A stretch of 64,000 bases of DNA from Eledone cirrhosa (Eukaryota). The notes below the pieces were generated by a model. It did no database searches, had not been told where the DNA came from, and was given only the letters and a program-made list of their open reading frames with translations. A program made the position numbers and the translations under genes. Location: positions 397,668,001 through 397,732,000 of the forward strand of contig OZ024741.1 in NCBI GenBank assembly GCA_964016885.1, given 5' to 3'. This document shows, piece by piece, positions 22,870 through 35,282 of this stretch (positions are counted from its first letter, which is position 1; each line of letters begins with the position of its first letter).

Positions 22870-23968
22870 TGACGTCACAATAAAAAGCACCCGGCCCACA
22901 CTGTGAAGTGGTCATATTCATGACAACAAAAAGCACCCACACTGTAAAGCGGTCGAGTAGGTGGCATGATAAAAAGCACCCAGTACATAGTGTAAAGTGG
23001 TCATGTAGATGTCACAACAAAAAGCATCCAGTCCACACTGTAGAATGGTCATGTAGGTGTCATGCTAAAAGGCACCCAGTCCACACTGCAAAGTGGTCAT
23101 GTAGGTGTCACAATAAAAGGCACCCAGTACATAGTGTAAAGTGGTCATGTACGTGTCACAATAAAAAGCACCCAGTCCACACTGTAAAGTGGTCATGTAG
23201 GTGTCACAATAAAAAGCACCCAGTACACACTGTAAAGTGGTCGTGTAGGTGTCACAATAAAAAGCACCCAGTCCACACTGTAAAGTGGTCGTGTAGGTGT
23301 CACAATAAAAAGCACCCAGTCCACACTGTAAAGTGGTCGTGTAGGTGTCACAATAAAAAGCACCCAGTCCACACTGTAAAGTGGTCGTGTAGGTGTCACA
23401 ATAAAAAGCACCCAGTCCACATTGTAAAGTGGTCGTGTAGGTGTCACAATAAAAAGCACCCAGTCCACACTGTAAAGTGGTCGTGTAGGTGTCACAATAA
23501 AAAGCACCCAGTCCACACTGTAAAGTGGTCGTGTAGGTGTCACAATAAAAAGCACCCAGTCCACACTGTAAAGTGGTCGTGTAGGTGTCACAATAAAAAG
23601 CACCCATCCACACTGTAAAGTGGTCGTGTAGGTGTCACAATAAAAAGCACCCAGTCCACACTGTAAAGTGGTCGTGTAGGTGTCACAATAAAAAGCACCC
23701 AGTCCACACTGTAAAGTGGTCATGTAGGTGTCACAATAAAAAGCACCCAGTCCACACTGTAAAGTGGTCATGTAGGTGTCACAATAAAAAGCACCCAGTC
23801 CACACTGTAAAGTGGTTGGTGTTAGGAAGGGCATCCTGCCATAGAAACCAAGCCAGAAACAGTTCCATATGATCAAACCATGGTCATCTGATCTGACTTG
23901 TCTCACAATGGCACAACTTGTCTAACCCATGCTAGCATGGAAAAATGGGCATTAAATGATGGTGATAG
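22870..23968 (+). repeat. 48-bp minisatellite (about 20 copies) continuous with an RTE 3' tail
   Basis: AAAAGCACCCAGTCCACACTGTAAAGTGGTCGTGTAGGTGTCACAATA units run directly into GTGGTTGGTGTTAGGAAGGGCATCC..CCATGCTAGCATGG. Confidence 0.95.
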
Positions 23969-24047
23969 TATATAACTATTATATAATTTTTGTATATATG
24001 ATGCATATATGTATATTTACAACTACTGTATATATAATGTATGTATA

Positions 24048-24234
24048 ATTGTTTCTACTTTTGGCACAAGGCCAGCAATTATCCCAGTGTATTACTGGTA
24101 CTTTATTTTATCGACCCCGTAAGGATGAAAGGCAAAGTTAACCTCGGCGGGATTTGAACTCACACCATAAAGGGCCGTAACTCTTTGCTGCAAAGCATAG
24201 TGTCCGACCTTCTACCGATACTGCCAATCGACCA
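24048..24234 (-). mobile_element. Nin-like domain SINE, near full length
   Basis: tRNA-like head with GAGTTCAAATCC, Nin-like core, tail GGCCTTGTGCCAAAAGTAGAAACAATTAT. Confidence 0.8.
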
Positions 24235-24466
24235 ATATATACAACTATTGTATATATGATGTATGTATGTATACTATATTCAACTATTGTATATACAATG
24301 TATGATGTATAATATATACAACTGTTATATACATGATGTATGCATGATGTATATATGTATATTTTATACAACTGTTGTATATATGATGTATATATGTACA
24401 ATATATACAACTATTATATAATAGTTGTATATATATGATGTATATATGGTGAGGTTAAACATAGAG

Positions 24467-24549
<83 letters not shown>

Positions 24550-24929
24550 TTGTTTTGCAAGGTGTTTTATATGAAATCATGTGTTGAAACAAATATTGTT
24601 ATACTTGGGGAAAACCAACCAAACAGTGTGTTCTGTTATTATTTCTGGCAACATTACAACAATATGACCCTCCCCAAGTATAACTATGTATGTATTGTTG
24701 TAGTAAAAGTGCTATAGTGTTTACAATGTTGTCAAAATACTGTGGTTTGTGAAAACAGAAACAATCTTGAACAAAACTCTAAGTAGCCACTTAGTTGTCA
24801 GTAATGTCTGGAAGGAAAGTCATTGACACCAGGGATACAAAAATAAAATATTATTAAAGTACTTAGAGAGAGAGGGAGGATGAGAGTGAGACAGAGAGAA
24901 TGGGAAGGGGAGGGGGGGTAGAGTGTTGT

Positions 24930-25230
24930 ACTGCCACAGACATATTGTATATGAAGTTCTTGCCACCATTACCACCTCCACCTCATCCCTACTCATTGCT
25001 ATCTGAGCAGGGTTGGCAAGTGTAAGCCCCATGGAGTGGACTGACTTGTCAAACTTGTGGAAGTAGAGACTTCTGGTGTTCTTGGCACCCCCCACCCCGG
25101 ACCACTTCCCTACTCACTGCCATTGAGCCCTGCCAGGTGGAGTGGCTCTTCCAATGTGTCTCCCTTGCCATCCTCTAAGGCAAGGTCTTCTCCACCCTGT
25201 TGACTAGGACTACGTGACAGACTGACCCTT
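24930..25230 (-). mobile_element. very degenerate LINE C-terminal fragment (RTE-like)
   Basis: GC-richer patch encoding SVHSMGLTLANPAQIAMSRDE, reminiscent of RTE termini. Confidence 0.35.
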
Positions 25231-25557
25231 AATCTGTATTGGTACATTTGAAGACAGTTACACCAATGATGTTTTTCACTGAATTTTGGTCAGAATCTTG
25301 CTACAAATACGTTTATTTCTCAAGTCCACTCAGCTGTATAAATTCATATTGCAATGTGGCCTGGGTACTTTTTACTGTGACATTGAAACAACCACCTTAC
25401 AGTGTGAACTGGGTGCTTTTTGTCATGTCACCAATGTAACTTAATTATGGTTCTTATATAAAATTATGATGGAATGTTTTTAGATAAATATATACACTTT
25501 AAAACAAACAGTTTTGTATTGTAAAACCTGGGCCAATTTCAGGAGATATGGTATCAA

Positions 25558-25862
25558 AACAGTTAAAAGACTGTTAAACATATTACATATAACCAATAAA
25601 AAAAACTGCTAAAAATATTACATAGAACTGTTAAAAGGGGTTTCATAGAATTGATAAAAAGGCTTTCATAGAACTGTTAAATGACTTACATAGAACTGTT
25701 AAATAACTTATATATAACTGTCAAATGACTTATACAGAACTGTCAAATGACTCATATACCATTGTTGAAGGATTATGTATAACTATTAAAAGGGCTTACA
25801 TAAAACTGTTAAAAGGGTTTAAATATAACTGTTAAAAGGGCTTACATAAAACTATTAAATTC
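25558..25862. repeat. degenerate about 22-bp tandem repeat
   Basis: AACTGTTAAAAGGGCTTACATAG-like units. Confidence 0.75.
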
Positions 25863-26454
25863 CATGACATTTCTCAGGTTTCTCTCTGCCCCATATGGAC
25901 TCCCCTTGTTTTTAAATATAATATATGTATTTGTATAGAAAATATATTTAACAAATATAGTATTGTTTGTTTTTATGTAGTAGTGTAGTTAATATGAAGC
26001 ATTGTGAAATATGTTGCAAAAAAAACGATTAATTTTCTTTCATTTGTCATCATTTGCCCACGTATTTTTCTACTGTATTGTACTGGCTTTAAAAATAAAA
26101 ACTATCAGTCTTTTACTACATAAAATATGTATTTGTATAGAAAATATATTTAACAAATATAGTATTGTTTGATCCAACACACCAGTGACTCCTTCAAATT
26201 CTTGTATAAGTAATAAAAGTAGAAATCCAGTATGTGACTCTCAAAAACACAACAAAAAACATCTGAGAGTGGGTTATAATGGATCATAATACTATCTTTG
26301 TTAAATATTTATTATATACAATGACATATTTTATACTTGAACAAAGCATTATTAAATATGACTGATAGGTTTCAGAAAGCTGGTACAATGCAATAGAAAT
26401 ATATAAAGGGTAAAGGCTGACAAATGAAAACATTACTTTGTGTGGTTTTATTTG

Positions 26455-26780
26455 TCATCCTTTCCCTAGCCGCAACCTGGTGCAGTCTGTGACTAACCCA
26501 GGTTCTGCTGCACGTCGGGCTGAGGCGGCTAAACTCTCCAAATACCGGTCGCTCTCCGACAGGTTTGCGGTTGTACCCTTGGCAGTGGAGACTTCTGGTA
26601 TCTTCGGCCCTAGGGCTACCTCCCTACTCACCACCATAGGCGCTGAGCTGGCCAGCGCAGGTGTGAGCCTGACGAGCTGGAATGGCTTTTCCAGGCGTCT
26701 CCCTTGCCATCCTCCGGGGAAACGCCTTCTCCATTCTGTCTACCGGGGCTGTGGGGAGACCACCAATATGATTTTCTGAC
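26455..26780 (+). pseudogene. CRE-clade non-LTR retrotransposon, restriction-like endonuclease C-terminus
   Basis: GSAARRAEAAKLSKYRSL..FAVVPLAVETSGIFG..LLTTIG, then in a shifted frame WLFQ../LAILRGNAFSIL. Confidence 0.78.
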
Positions 26781-26868
26781 TTGTCATTTTATCAGTCAGA
26801 TGTTTTTAGACATCACCCAGTTAATTATGATTCATTCTGTGCTGTATAGACTTTGACATTTCTCCCAC

Positions 26869-29025
26869 CTTGTACCAGCTCTCCAACACACATTGTACCA
26901 GCTCTCCAACACTCATTGTACCAGCTCTCCAACACACATTGTACCAGCTCTCCAACACTCATTGTACCAGCTCTCCAACACACATTGTACCAGCTCTCCA
27001 ACACTCATTGTACCAGCTCTCCAACACTCATTGTACCAGCGCTCCAACAGTCATTGTACCAGCTCTCCAACACTCATTGTACCAGCTCTCCAACACTCAT
27101 TGTACCAGCTCTCCAACACTCATTGTACCAGCTCTCCAACACTCATTGTACCAGCTCTCCAACAGTCATTGTACCAGCTCTCCAACAGTCATTGTACCAG
27201 CTCTCCAACACTCATTGTACCAGCTCTCCAACACACATTGTACCAGCTCTCCAACACTCATTGTACCAGCTCTCCAACACACATTGTACCAGCTCTCCAA
27301 CACTTATTGCACCAGCTCTCCAACACTCATTGCACCAGCTCTCCAACACTCATTGTACCAGCTCTCCAACACTCATTGTACCAGCTCTCCAACAGTCATT
27401 GTACCAGCTCTCCAACAGTCATTGTACCAGCTCTCCAACACTCATTGCACCAGCTCTCCAACACTCATTGTACCAGCTCTCCAACACTCATTGTACCAGC
27501 TCTCCAACACACATTGTACCAACTCTCCAACAGTCATTGTACCAGCTCTCCAACACTCATTGTACCAGCTCTCCAACACTCATTGTACCAGCTCTCCAAC
27601 AGTCATTGTACCAGCTCTCCAACACTCATTGTACCAGCTCTCCAACACTCATTGTACCAGCTCTCCAACACTCATTGTACCAGCTCTCCAACAGTCATTG
27701 TACCAGCTCTCCAACACTCATTGTACCAGCTCTCCAACAGTCATTGTACCAGCTCTCCAACACTCATTGTACCAGCTCTCCAACACTCATTGTACCAGCT
27801 CTCCAACACACATTGTACCAGCTCTCCAACAGTCATTGTACCAGCTCTCCAACACTCATTGTACCAGCTCTCCAACACTCATTGTACCAGCTCTCCAACA
27901 GTCATTGTACCAGCTCTCCAACACTCATTGTACCAGCTCTCCAACAGTCATTGTACCAGCTCTCCAACACTCATTGTACCAGCTCTCCAACACATTGTAC
28001 CAGCTCTCCAACAGTCATTGTACCAGCTCTCCAACACTCATTGTACCAGCTCTCCAACACTCATTGTACCAGCCCTCCAACACACATTGTACCAGCTCTC
28101 CAACACTCATTGTACCAGCTCTCCAACACTCATTGTACCAGCTCTCCAACACTCATTGTACCAGCTCTCCAACACACATTGTACCAGCTCTCCAACACTC
28201 ATTGTACCAGCTCTCCAACACTCATTGTACCAGCTCTCCAACACTCATTGTACCAGCTCTCCAACACACATTGTACCAGCTCTCCAACAGTCATTGTACC
28301 AGCTCTCCAACACTCATTGTACCAGCTCTCCAACACTCATTGTACCAGCTCTCCAACACTCATTGTACCAGCTCTCCAACAGTCATTGTACCAGCTCTCC
28401 AACACTCATTGTACCAGCTCTCCAACAGTCATTGTACCAGCTCTCCAACACTCATTGTACCAGCTCTCCAACACATTGTACCAGCTCTCCAACAGTCATT
28501 GTACCAGCTCTCCAACACTCATTGTACCAGCTCTCCAACACTCATTGTACCAGCCCTCCAACACACATTGTACCAGCTCTCCAACACTCATTGTACCAGC
28601 TCTCCAACACTCATTGTACCAGCTCTCCAACACTCATTGTACCAGCTCTCCAACACACATTGTACCAGCTCTCCAACACTCATTGTACCAGCTCTCCAAC
28701 ACTCATTGTACCAGCTCTCCAACACTCATTGTACCAGCTCTCCAACACACATTGTACCAGCTCTCCAACAGTCATTGTACCAGCTCTCCAACACTCATTG
28801 TACCAGCTCTCCAACACTCATTGTACCAGCTCTCCAACACACATTGTACCAGCTCTCCAACAGTCATTGTACCAGCTCTCCAACACTCATTGTACCAGCT
28901 CTCAAACACTCATTGTACCAGCTCTCCAACACTCATTGTACCAGCTCTCCAACACACATTGTATATCAGCTCTCCAACACACATTGTATATAAGCTCTCC
29001 AACACACATTGTATATCAGCTCTTC
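26869..29025. repeat. 23-bp minisatellite, about 93 copies, with higher-order duplication
   Basis: TTGTACCAGCTCTCCAACA(C/G)(T/A)CA; rare variants recur 481 bp apart (AGCCCTCC at 28071 and 28552). Confidence 0.97.
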
Positions 29026-29116
29026 TTCATAATTCCACTTTCAATACCTTCTTTGCATCTCTTTTTAACCTTTCATAATTTCTTTGGGTCATTTCAAAGT
29101 TGTGTTATATGCAACA

Positions 29117-29308
29117 GGGCGGTGGTTTGGTAGTATCGGTAGAGGGTCGGACGCCATGCTTTACAGCATAGAGTTATGGCCCTTTGCGTTCTGAGTTCAA
29201 ATCCGCCGAGGTTAACTTTGCCTATCATCCTTACGAGGTCGATAAAATAAAATACCAATAATGCACTGGGTAATTGCTGGTCTTGTGCCAAAATTAGAAA
29301 CAGTTATA
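29117..29308 (+). mobile_element. Nin-like domain SINE, full length
   Basis: Reverse-complement match to 24048-24234. Confidence 0.8.
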
Positions 29309-29327
29309 TGTAACATACATACACACA

Positions 29328-29608
29328 CAGGGCTGGATTTAATGGGAGGCAAAGGGGAAAATTGCCCCAGGGCCCCTGCAGTGGGAGTGAGGCACCAGCA
29401 ATGGTCATAGCAATTTATTTGTGCCCCCAGCTGGACTTTTTAGTTTTAGGATGGTTAAAATTTTTGAATTTAATACCTGTATATATAACTTTTCAATTCC
29501 AATTAGTTGTGCCAAGCTAATTTTGATATGTATTCTAATTTTTTGTGTATGAAGGGGCCTCCCAAATATGAAGTGCCCCCGGCCCCCCAAGGCCTAAATC
29601 CATCCATG
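29328..29608. mobile_element. hAT-like MITE
   Basis: Imperfect TIRs CAGGGCTGGATTTA / TAAATCCATCCATG; internal GC-rich GGCCCC motifs. Confidence 0.5.
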
Positions 29609-29648
29609 CACACATATATATTTCAATTTAAAATAAATTACACAAATT

Positions 29649-29877
29649 TTAACCCTTTAGCATTTACATTACTCTATATTTACTATTGTATTTTCACGGT
29701 AAACACTTTATCTCACATAATTATTTCTCACACTATCGAATCTATGGGATCTTGATATTATTTATTTTGAGAACATTACCTCAACATCGGTATGAGGGGC
29801 TGGTTATGGCCGGTTTGAACAGAAAGTGGTGAGAGAATTCTGGCCAGATATGGCCGGTTTAAATGCTAAAAGGTTAA
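29649..29877. mobile_element. piggyBac-like MITE
   Basis: TTAA-CCCTTTAGCATTTA ... TAAATGCTAAAAGG-TTAA; three more copies in the window. Confidence 0.85.
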
Positions 29878-30343
29878 GCTGTCAATTTTTTTTCTCCACA
29901 CAACCAAGCCCTCAATTAAATAACGAACTAGATTTAAAATAGGTTTTGAATCCATTTCAGTGGTGTCTGACTGTGTTAGTGACACAATAACATTCATGAG
30001 ATAGAGATAACATTTTATTACCATGGTCTTCTTCTCTTCTTTTTTGCCCATTTATTCTTGAGAAGGTCACCAGGAAGAAGTGTGTCTTTCATTAGAAATG
30101 TGGTAATGAAAGAGTTAAAGTGTTTATATTTATCTAAAACTCTTCCATCATATTTTTATGTAAGAACTTTTATTAAGTTATGTTCCAAATATGGGATAAT
30201 TAATTAGATTACTAAATCATTTCAAATTCTTGTTTATTTTTAAAATCATTTACAAATCATCATCATTAGAAATATGGTAACGAAAGAGTTAATTTTCAAT
30301 AAAATGCTTTAGTTTCTATATTGTTCTGGTTTTGTCATTGCAG

Positions 30344-30451
30344 GGAGGCTTTGCACGATGTTACGAGCTGATTGAATGCAATACAAATATAGTTTATGCT
30401 GGAAAGATCATTCCACATTCACGGATAGCAAAGGGAAATCAAAAACAGAAG
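30344..30451 (+). CDS. PLK2/3: internal coding exon of a polo-like kinase (PLK2/PLK3-like), kinase subdomains I-II
   Basis: ttttgtcattgcAG|GGA..AAG|GTAAGT; 108 bp, phase 0/0; GGFARCYELIECNTNIVYAGKIIPHSRIAKGNQKQK matches the recalled PLK2/3 pattern GGFA(K/R)CYE..VYA.KIIPHSRVAKPHQREK. Confidence 0.93.
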
Positions 30452-30580
30452 GTAAGTACGCATTTCTGAAATTGTATCAGCAGAATTGTTTGTATTGGCA
30501 ATACGAGAAATCTGTTGGCTTATTTACAATGTTGAGGGTCTGAGGGAGGTTGTGGTGATTTTTATATCATCTTTAAGATT

Positions 30581-30622
<42 letters not shown>

Positions 30623-30794
30623 TATATATATATATATGTGTGTCTGTGTGTATATACATGTGTGTGTGTGTATATATATATATGTGTGTGTGCGTGTGTG
30701 TGTATGTGTGTGCATGTATATATATATATATATATGTATGTGTATGTATATATATGTATGTATATATATATATAAATATGTATGTATATATATA

Positions 30795-31165
30795 TCATCG
30801 TTTAACGTCCCTGTTCCACGCTTGCATGGGTTTGGACGGGGGTTTTCCCACTTGAGGCAAGAGTGGTTGTCTTGCTCGCATAGGACTGTCTGGCGGGTTT
30901 TCTACAGCTGGATGCCCTTCCTAACACCAACCACATTTACAGTGTGGACTGGGAGGTTTTTACCGTGTTGCCTACACGGCCACATTACAGCGTGGACTGT
31001 GTGTTTTTTGTCGTGACACCTACACGATCTCATTTGTTTCGGCCTGGATGGTGTGGCACCAACATAACTTTGCATTGAAGGGGGCGGTGTGGATGGGGTG
31101 GGACAGGGTTGTATTTTGTTAGAGATGCCTACTGACTAGTAGGTTTTACTTTGTATTTAGGTAAG
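30795..31165 (-). mobile_element. RTE 3' fragment
   Basis: Reverse-complement match to 2408-2820. Confidence 0.9.
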
Positions 31166-31182
31166 GCGGGTCTTCTCTGTTA

Positions 31183-31248
<66 letters not shown>

Positions 31249-31599
31249 CATGTATGTATATCAGTCGACTGTTCAGGCAGGATATTGATCTCTATAAAGT
31301 ATTTATTTAACAGCAGGATTCAGCCATCCTCTTAATCCACTAAGCTACAGTTGAGCCAATAAAGAAACCAGTATATGGTCATTCAAACCTTTGATCATTT
31401 AGATCTCTCTATCTTCTCTCTCAAAGAGGTTGACCTAGGGCTAAACAACAACAACACAACTGAGCTTTGTGTGTTCAATCTGTTGCAGAAGTAGTCGAAA
31501 AAAAGCTGGTGATGGTTATTTAAAAAAAGAGTGATTATTTTTATGAGTGGATGGTATGGGTGGGTGGTGGTGGTGGTGGTGGTATGAGTGGGGGAGGGG

Positions 31600-31960
31600 T
31601 ATATGAGGGGGTGCTGAAAATTTCCTGGCTTTAACCCTTTAGCATTTAAACTGGCTGTATCCGTTCAGAATTCTTTCATGTGTTTCTGTTGAAACTGGCT
31701 GTAACCTGCCGCTCATACTGACGTTAAGGTATTGCTCTGAAAATAAATAATATCAAAATCTCATAGATTTGATATTATGTGAGATAAAGCCTTTACCAGA
31801 AAAATACAATAGTAAATATAGAGTAATGTAAATGCTAAAGGGTTAAGACTATTTAAAAGGCCTAGTTGGAGGCCCAAACTTCTGGGTTCTTTTTATAGGG
31901 ATTGGAAAAACTGAAGGATTGCTGCAATAAGTGTGTGAATCTGAGAAAGGAAAGGAATAT
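31600..31960 (+). mobile_element. mariner-derived MITE remnant interrupted by a piggyBac-like MITE
   Basis: TA-TGAGGGGGTGCTGAAAATTTCCTGGC TIR-like end; GLEKLKDCCNKCVNLR resembles a mariner C-terminus. Confidence 0.6.
31631..31846. mobile_element. piggyBac-like MITE
   Basis: TTAA-CCCTTTAGCATTTA ... TAAATGCTAAAGGG-TTAA. Confidence 0.88.
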
Positions 31961-32341
31961 CTTCTTCTTCGCCCAATTATCCCTGAGATGGTCATTGGAG
32001 TTGACCTCAGGTAGATCTTAGGTAGAGCTCAGGTAGAGCTTCAAATAGACCATAGGTAGACTTCAAATAGAGCTTTAGGTAGAGCTCAGGTAGAGCCTCA
32101 AATAGACTACAGGCAGACTTCAAATAGAGCTTTAGGTAGAGCTCTGGTAGAGCCTCAAATAGACTACAGGCAGACTTTAGCTAGACCCCTGGTAGAGCTC
32201 CAGTCAGACTTGATTTCCAGAAAATTGAATTTGAAGTTGAAGGGGTTACTAAAAAAAACATAAAGAAGAATATACTTGGTGAGACAAGGGCCTTCATTTC
32301 AGAGACAGGAAGTTTTAAAATCAGAGATAATATGTTTTTGG

Positions 32342-32437
32342 TAACAGCAACAACAACAACAGCAGCAGCAGCAACAACAACAACAGTAGCAGCTGCAACA
32401 ACAACAACAACAATAGCAGCAGCAACAACAACAATAG

Positions 32438-32475
<38 letters not shown>

Positions 32476-33034
32476 ACAGCAGCAGCAACAACAATAACAA
32501 TAGCAACAACAACTACAATAGCAGCAGCAGCAGCAACAACAACAATAGCAGCAGCAACAACAACAACAACAATAGCAGCAGCAGCAGCAACAACAATAAC
32601 AATAGCAGCAACAACAATAACTACAATAGCAGCAGCAGCAGCAACAACAACAATAGCAGCAACAACAACAACAACAACAATAGCAGCAGCAACAACAACA
32701 ATAGCAGCAACAATAGCAGCAGCAGCAACAACAATAACAATAGCAGCAACAACAACAACAACAATAGCAGCAGCAACAACAACAACAACAATAGCAACAA
32801 CAACAACAATAGCAACAACAACAACAATAGCAGCAGCAACAACAACAATAGCAGCAACAACAACAATAACAGCAGCAACAATAGCAACAACAACAATAAC
32901 AGCAGCAGCAACAACAACAACAATAGCAGCAACAACAACAACAATAACAGCAGCAACAATAGCAACAACAACAATAACAGCAGCAACAAAAACAACAATA
33001 GCAACAACAACAACAATAACAACAACAACAATAA

Positions 33035-33077
<43 letters not shown>

Positions 33078-33187
33078 AACAACAACAGCAACAGCAGCAG
33101 CAACAACAACAACAATAACAGCAGCAACAACAACAACAGCAGCAGCAACAACAACAATAGCAACAACAACAATAACAGCAGCAACAA

Positions 33188-33225
<38 letters not shown>

Positions 33226-33255
33226 GCAACAACAACAATAGCAACAACAACAACC
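32342..33255. repeat. compound (AAC/AGC/AAT)n trinucleotide tract
   Basis: Direct inspection. Confidence 0.97.
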
Positions 33256-34454
33256 TTCACTCAGAAATCTCCCAGCAGACATTACTAAACTACCCACACC
33301 CATACATTTACTTTTCTCTCAAGAATGTTCCTTTTTACCTACACCCCTTCCTCCCTATTGCCTACCTGTCTCACACTACTCCCCCTTCCTCTCACTAACA
33401 CTACTCCCCCTTCCTCTCACTAACACTACTCCCCCTTCCTCTCACTAACACTACTCCACCTCTTCCTCTCACTAACACTACTCCTCCTTCCACCCAGCTA
33501 CCTACCTATCTACCTGTCTCCCTTCTTACAAATCCTCCTGCTAACTTCTCTAAATATACCCACCTACAACTCTCCCCACCCACCCTAACTAAATTAACAA
33601 AATAGGGGAAAAGGAACAAATGTTTACTGCAAAAAATACAAATCCCCCTCCTTCCCTGATACACACAACACCCCCGTACTCCTCCCCCTATACAAATTAC
33701 CCCCAACCTCTGACACTCCCTATCCACCTCTATGCAAAAAATACAAATTACCCCCCCCCCCCCCCTCCTCCTCCTCCACACACACACATCGTACCCCCCC
33801 CCCCCAATACAAATTACCCCACTCCACCCTGACACCCCTTATCCACCTCTATGCAAAAATACAAATTACAACCCCCCCTCCACAACATCCCTATCCAACC
33901 CCTGGTGTAGCACTAAAAGTTACAACAGGTAACTGCGCATTGAACCTAATGAATCTGACCCCTGGCCCCTGATTCCCTGGCAATGTTTTCTGACACTGTA
34001 ATAACACAACCAGGTTCTCATATGATAAAAGAAATAACACTATGGTTGTGTTTAGGGGTTGTTTTATTGTTTAGTTTCTATCCTGTGTCCCTTAAAATCC
34101 TAACAAGGTCCCCCCTTATTGACTGACCTGTCATCTGTTACTGTGTAACATATAGAAAGATATTGTCTTAGTAAAGATAATAGAAACTACCAGAAAGGTT
34201 TGTTAGGGGCTGTTGGTTTGTGTTGTTAATTGTTGGTTTTCACTGATCACTTCCTTTTTGTCATAGAAACCTCTGCTGGTCCCTCACAGTTTCCTCTGTA
34301 AAATCAGGAGGAGTGTATCCTGTCTATGGAAGTAGTCCACCCCCCACCCGTGTGGTAGAGTGGCTGAGATAGTGGATGTTGCTGGCTGTTCTCTGTGTCA
34401 ATGTATTTGCCACTTAGTCAACAGGATGTGAAGACTAGCCAAGAGAACCAATTA

Positions 34455-34945
34455 GATGATGATGATGATGATGATGATGATGCCTGCTTCTTCTTTCTCT
34501 TTTCTTTTTCTTCTTCTTTCTCTTTTCCTTCTTTTTCTTTTTCTTCTTCTTTCTCTTTTCCTTCTTTCTCTTTTTCTTCTTCTTTCTCTTTTTCTTCTTT
34601 CTCTTCTTTCTCTTTTTCTTCTTTCTCTTTTTCTTTTTCTTCTTTCTCTTTTTCTTTCTCTTTTCTTCTTCTTCTTCTTCCTCCCCCCTCCTCCTCCACC
34701 CACTTATTCTTGAGAGGGTCATGGGGACAGAGTACTCAAACACTCCCTCTAGCAGGTCCTGTCAGAAGCAATCATCTCCAACTGATCTGGCTGGATCCCC
34801 AAGCAAGACCATCCAAGCTCATGGATGTTATTCAACCATCTTGCTCAAGGTCCACCCCTGGGTCTCCTGTCAGTTGGTATTGCCTGTAAAATCTGTCCAG
34901 CAATTCTTTCCTGAGACATTCTAACCTTGTGTCCATATTAGATAC
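34455..34945 (-). mobile_element. RTE-like C-terminal fragment with expanded (GAA)-rich tail
   Basis: 34760-34940 is the reverse complement of 13262-13445. Confidence 0.75.
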
Positions 34946-35282
34946 TATTGACATCAAATACCTACACAAAATTCTTGGCATCAGGTGGGATGACTTCATC
35001 ACCAACAAAGAAGTCTGTCAATGAACCCACCAACAACATGTGTCTAACTTCCTGTGTGTTGGTTTGGCAGGTTGGGACATGTCACATGACTCCCAGTTGA
35101 GAGACATGCTAATCAGGTCCTGTATTGGTACCCCAAAATGAACTGGCGACAAACAATCGACAGGGACCTGAAACCTGTCAGCCAAATTTGGATTGATGTA
35201 ATGATGGATGTATATGACCGTGGTCACTGGAGCACTTTGGCTGCCTCATATCTCAAGAAGTGGAAGTTTCTAATAAGTTTAA

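Noticed and set aside
22908-23906. Cys/His-rich repeat ORF resembling a zinc-finger or metallothionein array
   Set aside because: Translation of the 48-bp RTE 3' UTR-derived minisatellite
26853-29133. Three 700+ aa ORFs
   Set aside because: Stop-free translation of a 23-bp tandem repeat; the same peptide appears in all three frames
32181-33303. Thr/Ala-rich mucin-like ORF and poly-Cys/Leu/Val ORFs
   Set aside because: Trinucleotide tract open in several frames on both strands; the roughly 50 non-repetitive upstream codons match nothing I recognise and no convincing splice donor is seen
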